From Maricaulis sp. (lineage in GTDB: Bacteria; Pseudomonadota; Alphaproteobacteria; Caulobacterales; Maricaulaceae), in assembly GCF_030149515.1 (NCBI RefSeq), contig NZ_JASBRI010000015.1, forward strand, positions 15,477 to 79,476: a DNA stretch of 64,000 nt. Reading direction: 5' to 3'. This document shows positions 39,884-51,276 of the stretch, in pieces; position 1 is the first letter of the stretch; every line of letters begins with the position of its first letter. The translations under genes were made by a program, and so were the position numbers. The notes beneath the pieces are model-generated. The model worked only from the letters and a program-made list of their open reading frames with translations. It had not been told where the DNA came from and made no database searches.

Positions 39884-40311
39884 CGGGCGTCTCCGAACTT
39901 GTCGCGCAGCGCGATCAGGGACAGCGCGGCATTGGCGGCGTCGGCGCCCTTGTTCTTGTCAACGGCGCGCTTGAGCGCCTGGGCCCGGTTCTCCACGGTG
40001 AGAATGCCGTTTCCGGCGATCACACCGTTCAGGTTGAGCTCCATCAGCCCGCGCGCGCTTTCGGTGCAGACATAGTCGTAATGCGTGGTTTCACCGCGGA
40101 TGACACAGCCCAGGGCAACATAGCCGTCATACGGCGCCTCGGCGATTTCCGCCTGCACGATGGCAGCGGGAATTTCCAGTGCACCGGGAACCTCGACAAG
40201 ACCGGTTTCCGCACCCGCCGTGTCCGCAGCGTTGCGGGCACCCTTGACGAGAGCGTCGGCGATATCGCGATAGAAGGTCCCGGCAACGATCAACAGTTTC
40301 GGAGCGCTCAT
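39880..40311 (-). CDS. ribH: 6,7-dimethyl-8-ribityllumazine synthase
   Basis: VPGALEIP, LGCVIRGETTHYD, NGILT. Confidence 0.96.
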   Translation of the reverse strand: MSAPKLLIVAGTFYRDIADALVKGARNAADTAGAETGLVEVPGALEIPAAIVQAEIAEAPYDGYVALGCVIRGETTHYDYVCTESARGLMELNLNGVIAGNGILTVENRAQALKRAVDKNKGADAANAALSLIALRDKFGDAR

Positions 40312-41429
40312 GCGCCGTCCTCCGGAAAATGGCGCTCCTCGCGCACGCTCAGCCCGTAACCTTCGAGGCCGACAATCGTCTGCGGCTTGGTCGACAGAAG
40401 GATCATCTCCTTGACCCCGAGGTCGAGCAGAATCTGGGCACCGACCCCGTATTCGCGCAGGAGCCGCGCCTGGCGTTCATCCTTGGGCATGGAGGGTTTG
40501 GCCCCCAGGCGTTCGACGATGGCAGTATGCGATGTCTCGCGGATAAAGACCATGACGGCCGGCCCTTCGGCAGCGCAAATGGCCCTGATTCCGGCCTCGA
40601 CCAGCGGGCCGCGCGGCCCCTCCTCGTGCAGCACATCGTCGACGAAGGAGACCTTGTGCATGCGCACCGTGGTCGGCTGGACATGCGAGGGTTCGCCCTT
40701 GACCAGGGCCACGTGCTCGGACCCGTCCAGCGTTTTGCGGAAGACCACGAGTTTGAGCGGGCCGCCATAGCGGCTGGTGAATTCGCTCTCCAGCCGGCGC
40801 TCGATGAAACGGTCATTGCGGCGGCGGTAGGCGATGAGATCGGCGATCGTGCCGATCTTCAGCCCGTGCAGCTGGGCGAAGGCGACGAGGTCCGGCAGGC
40901 GGGCCATCGTGCCGTCCTCATTCATGATCTCGCAGATCACGCCGGACATGCCCGCCCCGGCCAGGCGGGCCACATCGACCGAAGCCTCGGTGTGGCCGGC
41001 GCGAACCAGGACACCGCCATCGCGCGCGACCAATGGAAAGACATGGCCGGGCGTTGCGATATCGTCGGCACCCTTGGACGGGTCGGTCGCGACTTCGATG
41101 GTGCGGGCGCGATCATGCGCAGAGATGCCGGTCGTGACCCCTTCGCGCGCCTCGATCGAGGTGGTGAAGGCGGTCTGGTGACGCGAACGGTTCTCGGTCG
41201 ACATCAGTTTGAGGCCCAGATGCTCTATCCGCTCCTGCGTCATCGCCAGACAGATCAGGCCGCGCCCGTGCTTGGCCATGAAATTGATCGCGTCCGGCGT
41301 GGCAAATTTGGCGGGGATGACCAGATCGCCCTCATTCTCGCGATCCTCGGCATCGACCAGAATGAACATCCGGCCATTGCGGGCGTCCTCGATAATGTCC
41401 TCGATAGGCGAAAGGGGAATGTCGCTCAC
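40308..41429 (-). CDS. ribB: DHBP synthase with inactive GTP cyclohydrolase II-like C-terminal domain (RibBX type)
   Basis: [33 protein letters not shown]. The C-terminal domain lacks the three Zn-binding Cys. Confidence 0.93.
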   Translation of the reverse strand: MSDIPLSPIEDIIEDARNGRMFILVDAEDRENEGDLVIPAKFATPDAINFMAKHGRGLICLAMTQERIEHLGLKLMSTENRSRHQTAFTTSIEAREGVTTGISAHDRARTIEVATDPSKGADDIATPGHVFPLVARDGGVLVRAGHTEASVDVARLAGAGMSGVICEIMNEDGTMARLPDLVAFAQLHGLKIGTIADLIAYRRRNDRFIERRLESEFTSRYGGPLKLVVFRKTLDGSEHVALVKGEPSHVQPTTVRMHKVSFVDDVLHEEGPRGPLVEAGIRAICAAEGPAVMVFIRETSHTAIVERLGAKPSMPKDERQARLLREYGVGAQILLDLGVKEMILLSTKPQTIVGLEGYGLSVREERHFPEDGA

Positions 41430-42037
41430 GCGCGCGTCTCCGAAAATTCGTTCAGGCGCGCGGCGTAGCGCGCCATGAGGTCGACCTCAAGATTAACACG
41501 CGCCCCTTTTTGCAGACCGCCCAGCGTTGTGACCTCTGCAGTGTGGGGAATGATCATCAGATCGAAGGTGGACCGGGTGACGTCATTCACCGTCAGCGAC
41601 ACGCCGTCGACAGTGATCGAGCCCTTCCCGGCAATGAACTTGTTGAGATTTTCCGGCGGTTCAATCGTGAAGACGAGCCAGTCGCCCTCTTCGCGGCGCT
41701 CCTTGACGGTACCGACGCCGTCGACATGTCCCGTTACGAGGTGACCACCCAGCTCGTCACCCATTTTCAGGGCGCGCTCGAGATTGACCGCATCGCCCTC
41801 GCGCCACCTGCCCAGCGTCGTCAGGCGGAGCGTTTCCGGCGACACCTCGACGGCGAACCAGCCACCCTCGCCCGCCGCGCCCTTGTCGACGACGGTCAGA
41901 CACGCCCCGGCATGGGAAATCGAGGCGCCCGTATCGATGCTCTCCGGAGACCACGGCCCTTCGATCTCGAAGCGCCGCACGGCCTCACCGGAAATACTGC
42001 GGATACGGCCCCTGGCCGTGACGATACCGGTGAACAT
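41426..42037 (-). CDS. ribE: Riboflavin synthase
   Basis: [42 protein letters not shown]. Confidence 0.96.
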   Translation of the reverse strand: MFTGIVTARGRIRSISGEAVRRFEIEGPWSPESIDTGASISHAGACLTVVDKGAAGEGGWFAVEVSPETLRLTTLGRWREGDAVNLERALKMGDELGGHLVTGHVDGVGTVKERREEGDWLVFTIEPPENLNKFIAGKGSITVDGVSLTVNDVTRSTFDLMIIPHTAEVTTLGGLQKGARVNLEVDLMARYAARLNEFSETRA

Positions 42038-42612
42038 CAGCGGATCCGTTCATAGCTTTCCTGCAGATCGGCGCCACGCTCGCGTACGCCGGTGCGGGTG
42101 AAGATGGGGGCGGCGTCCAGCGCCTCAAGTCCGAGCGCTGCGATAACCGGAATTCCGTCTCCACCCAGTATCACCGGTGCGCGGAACCATTCGATGCGAT
42201 CGACCAGTCCTGCCGAGATGGCGGATGCGGCGATCCGCGCGCCCGCCTCGATCATCACGGTATCATAGCCGGACATCGCCCGCGCCAGATCGCGATGAGG
42301 GATCAGGGTCACGAGCCGGTCCGACGCCCCGAACACGGCTGCACCGCCGGGCGTTCGGGCCCGACTGTCCATCACGATGACATCGGGCTGGCGCTCGCAG
42401 CCACCCTCGGGCCGGGCTGTCAGGCGCGGATCGTCGGCCAGTACGGTTCCGATTCCCGTGAGAATGGCGGCATGGGCGGCGCGCATCCGATGCACTTCGG
42501 CCCGGCTCTGGGGACCGGTAATCCATTTCGAGTTGCCATTGCCGAGCGCAATCCGCCCGTCCAGCGATGTGGCCAATTTCAGGGTGACACGCGGACGCGC
42601 CGCGCCGGTCAT
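42037..42612 (-). CDS. ribD: RibD C-terminal reductase domain only
   Basis: [28 protein letters not shown]. There is no N-terminal HAE/PC deaminase domain. Confidence 0.88.
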   Translation of the reverse strand: MTGAARPRVTLKLATSLDGRIALGNGNSKWITGPQSRAEVHRMRAAHAAILTGIGTVLADDPRLTARPEGGCERQPDVIVMDSRARTPGGAAVFGASDRLVTLIPHRDLARAMSGYDTVMIEAGARIAASAISAGLVDRIEWFRAPVILGGDGIPVIAALGLEALDAAPIFTRTGVRERGADLQESYERIR

Positions 42613-43094
42613 TCGTCCTCGTCTTTCGACGCAGCCTTGTTGGCGGTCAAATGCTCATCGGTGATGAATTCGCGGAAATCCTCGACCTTGTGGAAGTCCT
42701 TGTAGACCGAGGCGTAGCGGACATAGGCCACGGCATCGAGATTCTTCAAACCTTCCATGACGAGCTCGCCGACCCGGTCGGACGTGACATCCGTCTCGCC
42801 CGTCGACTCCAGGCGCCGCACGATGCCGGAAATCATCTGATCGATACGGTCCGGCTCGATATTGCGCTTCTGCATGGCCAGCTGGATCGACCGGTTCAGC
42901 TTGTCGCGGTCGAACGGCACGCGCCGGCCGGACTTCTTCAGCACGGTCAGCTCGCGCAGCTGCACCCGTTCGAACGTCGTGAAGCGCGCCGCACAGGACG
43001 GGCACTGGCGGCGGCGGCGGATGGCGTTCCCGTCCTCGGCCGGACGGGAATCCTTAACTTGAGTATCGGGGTGACCGCAGAAGGGACAACGCAT
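42609..43094 (-). CDS. nrdR: Transcriptional repressor NrdR
   Basis: [33 protein letters not shown]. Confidence 0.97.
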   Translation of the reverse strand: MRCPFCGHPDTQVKDSRPAEDGNAIRRRRQCPSCAARFTTFERVQLRELTVLKKSGRRVPFDRDKLNRSIQLAMQKRNIEPDRIDQMISGIVRRLESTGETDVTSDRVGELVMEGLKNLDAVAYVRYASVYKDFHKVEDFREFITDEHLTANKAASKDEDE

Positions 43095-43103
43095 ACCGCG
43101 ACT

Positions 43104-44411
43104 TTAGGCCAGTTCCGGGTAGATGGGGAAGCGCGCCGTCAGCGCCTTCACCTGTTCGCGAACCTCGTCCTCGATCTGTGCATCGCCCTCCGGTGCGCCC
43201 ACCAGCGCATCGAGCACACGCACCATCATCTGGCCGATCTGGGTGAATTCGGCTTCGCCGAAGCCCCGCGTCGTGCCTGCCGGCGAACCGACCCGCAGGC
43301 CCGAAGTCACGGTCGGCTTCTCCGGATCGAAAGGCACGCCATTCTTGTTGCAGGTGATGAAGGCGCGTTCCAGCGCCTGTTCGGCAGCATTGCCCTTCAA
43401 GCCCTTGGGCCGCAGATCGATCAGGGCGAGATGGCTGTCCGTGCCGCCGGAGACGATGGCATAGCCGCCATCGATCACCGCCTGGGACATCGCCTTGCAA
43501 TTGGTCACGACCTGGCGCGCATAATCCTTGAACTCCGGCTGCAGCGCTTCGCCGAAAGCCACGGCCTTGCCGGCGATGACATGCATCAAGGGTCCGCCCT
43601 GCAGGCCCGGGAAAATGGCGGAATTGATCTTCTTGCCCAGTTCGGGATCGTTGGACAGGATCATGCCGCCGCGCGGACCGCGCAGCGTCTTGTGCGTTGT
43701 CGTGGTGACCACATGCGCATGCCCGACGGGATTGGGGTAAACCCCGCCCGCGACCAGACCGGCAAAGTGCGCCATGTCGACCATCAGCCAGGCACCGACT
43801 TCGTCCGCTATCTTGCGGAATTCGGCGAAATCGATCTCGCGCGGATAGGCCGACCCGCCGGCGACGATCAGCTGCGGCTTGACCTCGTGGGCCTGTTTGC
43901 GCAGGGCATCGTAGTCGATCCGCGCATCCTCCTGGCGCACACCATAGGCATGGGCTTCGAACCACTTGCCCGACAGGTTGGGCCTGGCGCCGTGGGTCAG
44001 GTGACCGCCGGCATCCAGCGACATGCCGAGAATCTTGTCGCCGGGTTTGAGCAGGGCCAGGAAAACGCCCTGGTTGGCCTGGCTGCCCGAATTGGGCTGA
44101 ACATTGGCATAGGCCGCGCCAAACAGTGCCTTGGCGCGTTCGATCGCCAGCGTCTCGACAATATCGACATACTCGCAGCCGCCATAATAGCGGCGCCCCG
44201 GATAGCCCTCGGCATACTTGTTCGTCAGCGGCGAGCCCTGGGCCTCGAGCACGGCACGCGAAACGATGTTTTCCGAGGCGATCAGCTCGATCTGCTGTTG
44301 CTGCCGCTGGATCTCCGCATGGATCGCGCGGGCGACATCGCGATCCGACTCAACGATCGATCGCGTGAAGAAGGCGGTGGCGGTTCCCGTTTCGGCCTGA
44401 TTGTCCGGCAT
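43104..44411 (-). CDS. glyA: Serine hydroxymethyltransferase
   Basis: [36 protein letters not shown]. Confidence 0.98.
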   Translation of the reverse strand: MPDNQAETGTATAFFTRSIVESDRDVARAIHAEIQRQQQQIELIASENIVSRAVLEAQGSPLTNKYAEGYPGRRYYGGCEYVDIVETLAIERAKALFGAAYANVQPNSGSQANQGVFLALLKPGDKILGMSLDAGGHLTHGARPNLSGKWFEAHAYGVRQEDARIDYDALRKQAHEVKPQLIVAGGSAYPREIDFAEFRKIADEVGAWLMVDMAHFAGLVAGGVYPNPVGHAHVVTTTTHKTLRGPRGGMILSNDPELGKKINSAIFPGLQGGPLMHVIAGKAVAFGEALQPEFKDYARQVVTNCKAMSQAVIDGGYAIVSGGTDSHLALIDLRPKGLKGNAAEQALERAFITCNKNGVPFDPEKPTVTSGLRVGSPAGTTRGFGEAEFTQIGQMMVRVLDALVGAPEGDAQIEDEVREQVKALTARFPIYPELA

Positions 44412-44678
44412 ATCGACTCCTCACTCGTTTGCCCCGTGTGATAAGGCGCACCACGGTGTGACACAAGCCGCCTCTTCGCAACACTACCACGTTCACCTGA
44501 TGGACACGCCTCGATTTGGCATTATTTGCGTGTGCTATCGCAAACTGCGCAAGATCAAATGAAATTTACCGATTGAGCTTGAACTTCACATTGCAGCATA
44601 ATAACGATCTCGCATCGATAAATTGAATCCGGCTACTGTTCCGGGTCAGTCGCGTTCGAACGTTTGGAAGGTTTGACT

Positions 44679-45101
44679 ATGGCAGACGACATGCTCCCCG
44701 AAATCGACAAGGAAGAACTTCTGCGCATGACGACGGATGTCGTCGCGTCCTATCTGTCTCACAATTCGATGCCGGCGGACAATGTGCCCGAGCTGATCAA
44801 GGCGGTGCACGCCACGATGAAGGAAGTGTCCGACACCGAGGTCAAGCAGGAAACGAAAGCCAAGCCGGCCGTGCCTGTGTCCAAATCGGTGAGCGACGAC
44901 TACATCGTCTGCCTGGAAGACGGCAAGAAGCTGAAAATGCTCAAGCGCTATCTGCGTTCGCAATACAACATGTCGCCGGACGATTACCGCCGGAAGTGGA
45001 ATCTGCCCTCGGACTATCCGATGGTCGCTCCGGCCTATTCGCGCAAACGCTCGCAGTTCGCCAAGGATATCGGCCTGGGCCGCGGCAAGAAGGGCGCCTG
45101 A
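44679..45101 (+). CDS. mucR: Ros/MucR family zinc-finger regulator
   Basis: PAVPVSKSV, CLEDGKKLKMLKRYL, YRRKWNLPSDYPMVAP. Confidence 0.95.
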   Translation: MADDMLPEIDKEELLRMTTDVVASYLSHNSMPADNVPELIKAVHATMKEVSDTEVKQETKAKPAVPVSKSVSDDYIVCLEDGKKLKMLKRYLRSQYNMSPDDYRRKWNLPSDYPMVAPAYSRKRSQFAKDIGLGRGKKGA

Positions 45102-45240
45102 CGCCCCCTTCCGGGGAGGCCCGGCGGTCTGTGGGCAATAGTGGCGCCGGCCCGCGCCGCCCATCTTCCCCGCCGAGGGGAAGACAGGCGCTGTTTCGAC
45201 ACTGAAACTCGGCTTTATATACAGCTATTGTCCACGGTCC

Positions 45241-45468
45241 CTAGACCGTAATGCCACGGCCGGACCCTGTGTCCGGCCGTTTCTTTTGCTCGGCATCGCG
45301 TTCGAGTTTCCAGCGGATCTTGGCCCGGGCAAGATTGTCGATCTCGCTGCGGGACGTGTTCCTGGGCACCTGGAAAACCAGTTCTTCCCCGGTCTCCGCA
45401 TCGACGGCGGCGACGCGCAGGGCCTGACCGATCCCGATCACCTCGATATAGATTTCACGGCCGCTCAT
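45241..45468 (-). CDS. Small conserved alphaproteobacterial protein (DUF6898-like)
   Basis: REIYIE, RVAAVDAETGEE; GGAG upstream of the ATG. Family recalled from memory. Confidence 0.7.
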   Translation of the reverse strand: MSGREIYIEVIGIGQALRVAAVDAETGEELVFQVPRNTSRSEIDNLARAKIRWKLERDAEQKKRPDTGSGRGITV

Positions 45469-45506
45469 CGCTTCTCCGGGTCCCGGCCCGGATCATGCCC
45501 CTGGAA

Positions 45507-46733
45507 TCAGGCCCGTGCCACCCCGATCTGATCGGACGCACGCTTCCAGACATCGTCCAGCGCCTCGATCAGCGAATCGAACATGGCATCGGTGTGCAAG
45601 GGCGTCGGCGTCAGGCGCAGGCGTTCCGTCCCGCGCGGTACGGTGGGATAGTTGATCGGCTGGACATAGATGCCGTGCTCGTCGAGCAGCATGTCCGAGA
45701 TGCGCTTGCACAACACCGGATCGCCGACTTTCACCGGTACGATGTGCGTCACCGAGGCGTCCATCACCGGGAAGCCGGCCGCATTCAGGCGCGATTTCAG
45801 CGTGGCGGCACGCTCCTGGTGCCGTTCGCGCAAATGGTGGGAGGACTTGAGATATTCCACACTCGCCCGCGCGCCGGCCGCCAGGGCCGGCGGCAGTGCC
45901 GTGGTGAAGATGAAGCCCGGCGCCATCGACCGGATCGCATCGCAGATCGCCCCGTCGGCGGCGATATATCCGCCCATCACGCCGAACGCCTTGCCCAGCG
46001 TGCCTTCGATGATGTCGACGCGGTTCATCAGGCCTTCGCACTCGGCGATGCCGGCGCCCCGCAGACCATAGAGCCCCACGGCGTGAACCTCGTCGAGATA
46101 GGTCAGCGCGCCGTATTTTTCGGCCAGGTCACAGACCGCCTCGATCGGACCGATGTCGCCATCCATGGAATAGACCGACTCGAAAGCGATCACTTTCGGC
46201 GCATCCTTGGGCGCCGCGGCGAGCAATTCCTCGAGATGGCCGACATCATTGTGCCGCCAGATCCGCTTTTCGCACCGCGCGCCCTTCACACCCTCGATCA
46301 TGGAGGCGTGGTTGAGCTCGTCGGAGAACATGATCAGGCCGGGCAGGATCTTGCCCAGGGTGGAGAGCGTCGCCTCGTTGGCAATATACCCCGAGGTGAA
46401 GAGCAGTGCGCCGTCCTTCTGATGCAGATCGGCCAGCGAGCGCTCCAGTTCGACATGGTAATGCGTGGTGCCGGAGATATTGCGCGTGCCCCCGGCGCCG
46501 GACCCGACATCGTCGATCGCCTTCTTCATCGACTCCACGACACAGGGCACCTGGCCCATGCCGAGATAGTCGTTCGAGCACCACACCGTCACATCGCGCA
46601 CATCGCCATCGGGCGAACGCCAGCGCGCCACCGGAAATTCGCCCTTGCGGCGCAACAGGTCGGCAAAAACCCGGTAGCGGCCTTCCGCCTTGACCCGGCG
46701 GACAGCGTCTTCGAAAGCGCTCTGGTAGTTCAT
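45507..46733 (-). CDS. hemA: 5-aminolevulinate synthase
   Basis: [43 protein letters not shown]. Confidence 0.97.
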   Translation of the reverse strand: MNYQSAFEDAVRRVKAEGRYRVFADLLRRKGEFPVARWRSPDGDVRDVTVWCSNDYLGMGQVPCVVESMKKAIDDVGSGAGGTRNISGTTHYHVELERSLADLHQKDGALLFTSGYIANEATLSTLGKILPGLIMFSDELNHASMIEGVKGARCEKRIWRHNDVGHLEELLAAAPKDAPKVIAFESVYSMDGDIGPIEAVCDLAEKYGALTYLDEVHAVGLYGLRGAGIAECEGLMNRVDIIEGTLGKAFGVMGGYIAADGAICDAIRSMAPGFIFTTALPPALAAGARASVEYLKSSHHLRERHQERAATLKSRLNAAGFPVMDASVTHIVPVKVGDPVLCKRISDMLLDEHGIYVQPINYPTVPRGTERLRLTPTPLHTDAMFDSLIEALDDVWKRASDQIGVARA

Positions 46734-46901
46734 CGGCGGGGCCTTTCGTCAGACGTCTGCCAGAAATCACGTGTTGAATCGGTATGTAGAGGCATTCATC
46801 CCCCGGCGCGACAGGACAGAGCGCCGCACCCGCATGAAATGTCACCACAATCCCGCAAGACAGAGCCTATGACCCCATAATAACTGAGGTTTGCCCAATG
46901 T

Positions 46902-46932
46902 AAAAAGCGCAGCGGACGGGTGTCCGCTGCGC
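46902..46932 (-). terminator. Intrinsic terminator after ldtR
   Basis: GCGCAGCGGAC-gggt-GTCCGCTGCGC with TTTTT on the minus strand. Confidence 0.82.
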
Positions 46933-46960
46933 GTGTTTCTGTCGCCGTTCGGGTGCGTAT

Positions 46961-47452
46961 CTACATCCGGAAGCGGATATGGTCGGCCCAGAAGCGTTCG
47001 ATCCGCGCCAGCGCCGTGTTGACGACCGGAAGCTGATCCGCATCGACACCGCCAACCGGCTGCAGCGCCGTGCCCTGGCGGGCAAACAGTGTGTTCAGCT
47101 GGGCCCGCACCGCGTGACCGGTTTCGGTCAGGCTGACCCGCACCGAACGGCGATCGACCGCGGACCGCTCGTGCCGGATATAGCCTGCATCGACGAGCTT
47201 CTTCAGATTGTAGGACACGTTGGAGCCGAGATAGTGGCCGCGCGTGCGCAACTCGCCGGCCGTGAGTTCCTGGTCGCCGATATTGAACAGGAGCAGTGCC
47301 TGGACCGAATTGAGATCGTCCAGGCCCTCACGGTCCAGCTCGTCCTTGACGACATCGAGGAGCTGCCGGTGAAGGCGCTCGACAAGCTGAAGAAGTTCGA
47401 GATATTCCGTGTCCGGCGCCGCATCCGGCGCCATGTTCTCTGCCATGACCAT
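46961..47452 (-). CDS. ldtR: MarR family regulator, LdtR-like
   Basis: VERLHRQLLDVVKDE, QALLLFNIG, RGHYLGSNVSYNLKKL, DRRSVRV. Confidence 0.88.
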   Translation of the reverse strand: MVMAENMAPDAAPDTEYLELLQLVERLHRQLLDVVKDELDREGLDDLNSVQALLLFNIGDQELTAGELRTRGHYLGSNVSYNLKKLVDAGYIRHERSAVDRRSVRVSLTETGHAVRAQLNTLFARQGTALQPVGGVDADQLPVVNTALARIERFWADHIRFRM

Positions 47453-47518
47453 GTTACGCACTCCACCCGATCTTACTGATCTTTGGGGGAAGGCTAGGGC
47501 AAAAGCGCAAAAATCCCC

Positions 47519-48412
47519 TTAACGCTGGTTCCAGCTGCCATCGAGCAGTTTGTAGATGCCCGAGAAATCCGAGGGACCGCCGCCGAGATTGTCGAACATG
47601 GCGTAAAGAGCCTCGGCCTGTGCACCCAGCGGCGTCGTGGCGCCGGCCTTCTGTGCGGCATCCTGGGCGAGCTTCAGATCCTTGAGCATCATCGCCGTGG
47701 CAAAGCCCGGCTTGTAGCCATTGTTGGCCGGCGTTGTGGGCACGGGGCCCGGCACCGGGCAATAGCTGGTCATCGACCAGGACTGGCCCGAGGCCTTGGA
47801 GGAAATATCGAAGAATTTCTGCGGATCCAGGCCCAGCTTCTGCGCCAGGGCGAACGCCTCGCAGGTGCCGATCATGGTGATCGCCAGAAGCATGTTGTTG
47901 CAGATCTTCACGGCCTGTCCGGCACCCAGATCGCCGCCGCGGATCACCGCCTTGCCCATGGCCTGAAGGAAGGGTTCGGCCACGGCGAAATCCGCTTCGG
48001 AGCCGCCGACCATGAAGGTCAGCGTGCCCGCGGTGGCCGCGGCAACACCGCCGGAGACCGGCGCATCGACAAAGCGGAAGCCCTTCTCCTTGGCCAGGCC
48101 GCCGACATGGCGGGCAGAGTCCACATCGATGGTGGAGCAGTCCATGAAGAGCGTTCCGGGCGCGGCGGCGGCGAAAATCTCGCCTTCATAGACCGCACGG
48201 ACATGCTTGCCTGCGGGCAGCATGGTTACCACGGCCTCGGATGCGGACACGGCATCGGCGGTCGATTTTGCCGCCACTGCACCGGCCTCGACCGCGTGCG
48301 CCAGAGCATCGGCACTGAGGTCGAAGGCATGCACCTCATGACCGCCCTTGATCAGGTTGGCGGCCATGCCCGAGCCCATGTTTCCCAGTCCGATAAAGGC
48401 GATGCGCGCCAT
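47519..48412 (-). CDS. mmsB: 3-hydroxyisobutyrate dehydrogenase
   Basis: FIGLGNMG, TMLP, DAPVSGG, KICNNM, SWSMTSYCPVPG, MLKDL. Confidence 0.95.
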   Translation of the reverse strand: MARIAFIGLGNMGSGMAANLIKGGHEVHAFDLSADALAHAVEAGAVAAKSTADAVSASEAVVTMLPAGKHVRAVYEGEIFAAAAPGTLFMDCSTIDVDSARHVGGLAKEKGFRFVDAPVSGGVAAATAGTLTFMVGGSEADFAVAEPFLQAMGKAVIRGGDLGAGQAVKICNNMLLAITMIGTCEAFALAQKLGLDPQKFFDISSKASGQSWSMTSYCPVPGPVPTTPANNGYKPGFATAMMLKDLKLAQDAAQKAGATTPLGAQAEALYAMFDNLGGGPSDFSGIYKLLDGSWNQR

Positions 48413-48433
48413 CTTGCTCTCTCCCGTATACTC

Positions 48434-49510
48434 TCAGGCTCCGGCGGTTTCGCCGAGAAAGGTCATTTCGTGATCGTCGTCGAGCGGCGCAAAGGCCCCG
48501 GCGATGGCCGTGTCGTCGACATCGGCAAGCCGCGCGGGCGACCAGGCCGGCGCATTGTCCTTGTCGATGATCACGGCGCGCACGCCCTCGTAGAAATCCC
48601 GGCCCTCCAGGCACCGGCACGACACGCGCAGATCCTGGCGCATCACATCCCGGAAACCGAGATCCGCACCCTTGCGCAGGCAGGCCAGGGTGAGCTTCAG
48701 CGAAGTCGGCGATTTGGTCGCCAGAACCTTGGCCTGCTTGGCCGACCAGCTGTCCCCCGCCTGCCCGATTCGCGCTGCGATGTCCTCGACGCTGTCGCCC
48801 GCAAAAGCCGCATCGATCAGGCCGCGCGTATGCGCCAGCTCGCTGTCGCCGGGATCGCCGGAAAACTCCTCCAGCAGGACTTCCAGCGCGTCCTCGTCTG
48901 CAAGATCGGCCTGTTCCAGCGCCGCAATCAGCGCTTCGGTCCGCGACGACGGGCAGTAATGCGTGGCCAGGCCCGCGGCGACACAGTCGGGCGCCTTGAG
49001 GCGTGCGCCGGTGAGACCCATCCAGGTGCCGATCTCGCCGGCCAGGCGCGGCAGGAAATACGCCCCGCCCACATCGGGATGAAAACCGATCCCGGTTTCC
49101 GGCATAGCAAACACGGTCCGGTCGCCTGCCACGCGGTGCGAGCCATGCACCGAAATGCCGACACCGCCGCCCATCGTGATGCCGTCGATCATCGCGACAT
49201 AGGGTTTGGGATAGTCGTGGATCAGCGTGTTCAGCCGGTATTCGTCGCGCCAGAACAGCCAGGCCCGGTCATCCCCCGCCTTGCCCGAATTGTGCAGCTG
49301 GAGAATGTCGCCGCCGGCGCAGAATCCCTTCTCCCCGGCCCCGTCGACCACGACAGCCCTGACCGCATCATCCGCCCGCCAGGCTTCGAGTGCCGCGATC
49401 ATGTCGAGGCACATGCCATGGGTCAGCGCATTGAGCGCCCTGGGCCGGTTCAGCGTGATCCGGCCAACCTGGCCGACCTTGCGGGCTATGATTTCGGGTT
49501 CGTCAGTCAT
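48434..49510 (-). CDS. 3-hydroxyisobutyryl-CoA hydrolase (crotonase family)
   Basis: LNRPRALNAL, FCAGGD, MGGGVG, AMPETGIGFHPDVG, EGVRA. Confidence 0.92.
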   Translation of the reverse strand: MTDEPEIIARKVGQVGRITLNRPRALNALTHGMCLDMIAALEAWRADDAVRAVVVDGAGEKGFCAGGDILQLHNSGKAGDDRAWLFWRDEYRLNTLIHDYPKPYVAMIDGITMGGGVGISVHGSHRVAGDRTVFAMPETGIGFHPDVGGAYFLPRLAGEIGTWMGLTGARLKAPDCVAAGLATHYCPSSRTEALIAALEQADLADEDALEVLLEEFSGDPGDSELAHTRGLIDAAFAGDSVEDIAARIGQAGDSWSAKQAKVLATKSPTSLKLTLACLRKGADLGFRDVMRQDLRVSCRCLEGRDFYEGVRAVIIDKDNAPAWSPARLADVDDTAIAGAFAPLDDDHEMTFLGETAGA

Positions 49511-49548
49511 CTCAGCTCAAGCCTTTGGATTGAAACGCCAGGGAGGGG

Positions 49549-49983
49549 CTAGTCCACATCCCCGTAGAACTCGCGCAGCACCCAGTCGCCGTCTTTCCAT
49601 TCCGGTTCCAGGGTTGCGAACACCAGACCGATCCAGCCAAAGCGCGGATCCTTTGACTCCCCGGCCAGTTCCTCGTCATGCTGCAGCGGTACCCAGCACA
49701 CCAGATCGCCGGCTTCTAGCTTCTCCTGCGGCGGGTTGATGGTTCGGGAGAAGACGATGAAGCCGCCATCCCCGGACGCCACTTTCAGCATCACATTGGC
49801 ATTGCCCTGATCGTCGAATGCCAGCGGCGCATCGGAGCCGAATTCACTGCGCGCATCCATGACCAGCGCCGGCAGGGGCTGTTCAGGCACCAGCACGGTA
49901 TTGTGATCGCGGCAGATCGTCTCGAACGCCTCGGCCGCGGTGGCAAACCGGCGGGTGGGCAGGGTTTCCGGTTCAGAAGCGAT
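49549..49983 (-). CDS. Hypothetical protein; probable start at ATC 49983 (first standard start GTG 49896)
   Basis: Coding-like frame throughout; AGGAGG 8 nt upstream of the ATC; lies inside the valine catabolism cluster. Confidence 0.7.
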   Translation of the reverse strand: MASEPETLPTRRFATAAEAFETICRDHNTVLVPEQPLPALVMDARSEFGSDAPLAFDDQGNANVMLKVASGDGGFIVFSRTINPPQEKLEAGDLVCWVPLQHDEELAGESKDPRFGWIGLVFATLEPEWKDGDWVLREFYGDVD

Positions 49984-50007
49984 GACGCTCTCCTCCTGTC
50001 TGATCTC

Positions 50008-51144
50008 CTACTTCATCACATCCTTGGCGATGATGACGCGCATGATCTCGTTGGTGCCTTCCAGGATCTGGTGGACACGCAGATCGCGGACGATACGTTC
50101 CAGCGGATAGTCCTTGAGGTAGCCGTACCCGCCATGCAGCTGCAAGGCCTGGTTGGCGACATCGAAACAGGTGTCCGTGGCGAACCGCTTGGCCATGGCG
50201 CAATATTTCGCTGCCGAGGGGTCGTCCGAATCGATCGCCGCGGCACCGCGATAGAGCATCATGCGCGAGGCTTCGAGTTCGGTGGCCATGTCGGCGAGCT
50301 TGAACTGGGTGACCTGGAACTGGCCGATCTCGCGTCCGAACTGCTGACGCGTGGCCACATACTCCTTGGCCACTTCAAAGGCCTCCGTCGCTCCGCCCAG
50401 CGAACAGGCGCCGATATTGATGCGGCCGCCATTGAGTCCTTTCATCGCCAGGGTGAAACCCATGCCCTCCTCGGCCAGCAGGTTTTCCGCGGGCACCCGG
50501 CAATCCTCGAAGGTCACGACGCGTGTGGGCTGGGCGTTCCAGCCCATCTTCCTTTCGTTCGCCCCGAAGGACAGACCCGGCGTGTCCTTTTCAACAACGA
50601 TGGTGGAGATGCCCTTGGGCCCCTCTCCGCCCGTGCGGCACATGACGATGTAGTAGTCCGACGTGCCGGCACCGGAGATGAAGGCCTTCGAACCGTTGAG
50701 CACATAGTGTTCGCCGTCACGCACGGCCCTGGTCTTGAGACCGGCTGCGTCCGAACCGGAGCCGGGTTCGGTGAGGCAGTAGGACGCGATCTTCTCCATC
50801 GTCATCATCTGCGGCAGAAAGCGCTGGCGCTGCTCCTCGCTGCCCCAATTGTCGATCATCCAGGCGCACATATTGTGGATCGACAGGAAGGCCGCCGTGG
50901 CCACACAGCCGCGCGAGAGCTCCTCGAAAATGATCGCGGCATCCAGCCGGCTCAACGCCGAGCCGCCGACATCCTCACGCGTATAGATGCCGGCAAAGCC
51001 GAGCTCGGCTGCCTCGCGCATGGCCTCGACGGGGAAATGCTTTTCCTCGTCCCAGCGCGCCGCATTGGGCTTCAGCCGGTCGGCGGCGAATTTTCTCGCC
51101 ATGTCGCGAATAAGGGTCTGATCTTCCGTGAGAGCGAAGTGCAC
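50008..51144 (-). CDS. Isobutyryl-CoA dehydrogenase (acyl-CoA dehydrogenase family)
   Basis: SIHNM, YCLTEPGSGSD, GSKAFISG, GGRINI, RVHQILEGTNEIM; GTG start with AGGAG. Confidence 0.93.
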   Translation of the reverse strand: MHFALTEDQTLIRDMARKFAADRLKPNAARWDEEKHFPVEAMREAAELGFAGIYTREDVGGSALSRLDAAIIFEELSRGCVATAAFLSIHNMCAWMIDNWGSEEQRQRFLPQMMTMEKIASYCLTEPGSGSDAAGLKTRAVRDGEHYVLNGSKAFISGAGTSDYYIVMCRTGGEGPKGISTIVVEKDTPGLSFGANERKMGWNAQPTRVVTFEDCRVPAENLLAEEGMGFTLAMKGLNGGRINIGACSLGGATEAFEVAKEYVATRQQFGREIGQFQVTQFKLADMATELEASRMMLYRGAAAIDSDDPSAAKYCAMAKRFATDTCFDVANQALQLHGGYGYLKDYPLERIVRDLRVHQILEGTNEIMRVIIAKDVMK

Positions 51145-51276
51145 CGCAGCGCTCCTGTTGCTTATTGGGTCTCGTAGGGACAGATTTTGCCGAAGCGTTT
51201 GCCGGAGCCGTAACGCCTGGCAACGCCAACGGCAAGTTGGATATGTCACCGAACCGGACAAGGACCAGAGCCCGAC

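Noticed and set aside
44412-44678. Riboswitch (ZTP or glycine) upstream of glyA
   Set aside because: No recognisable consensus. The region is adequately explained as divergent glyA/mucR promoters.
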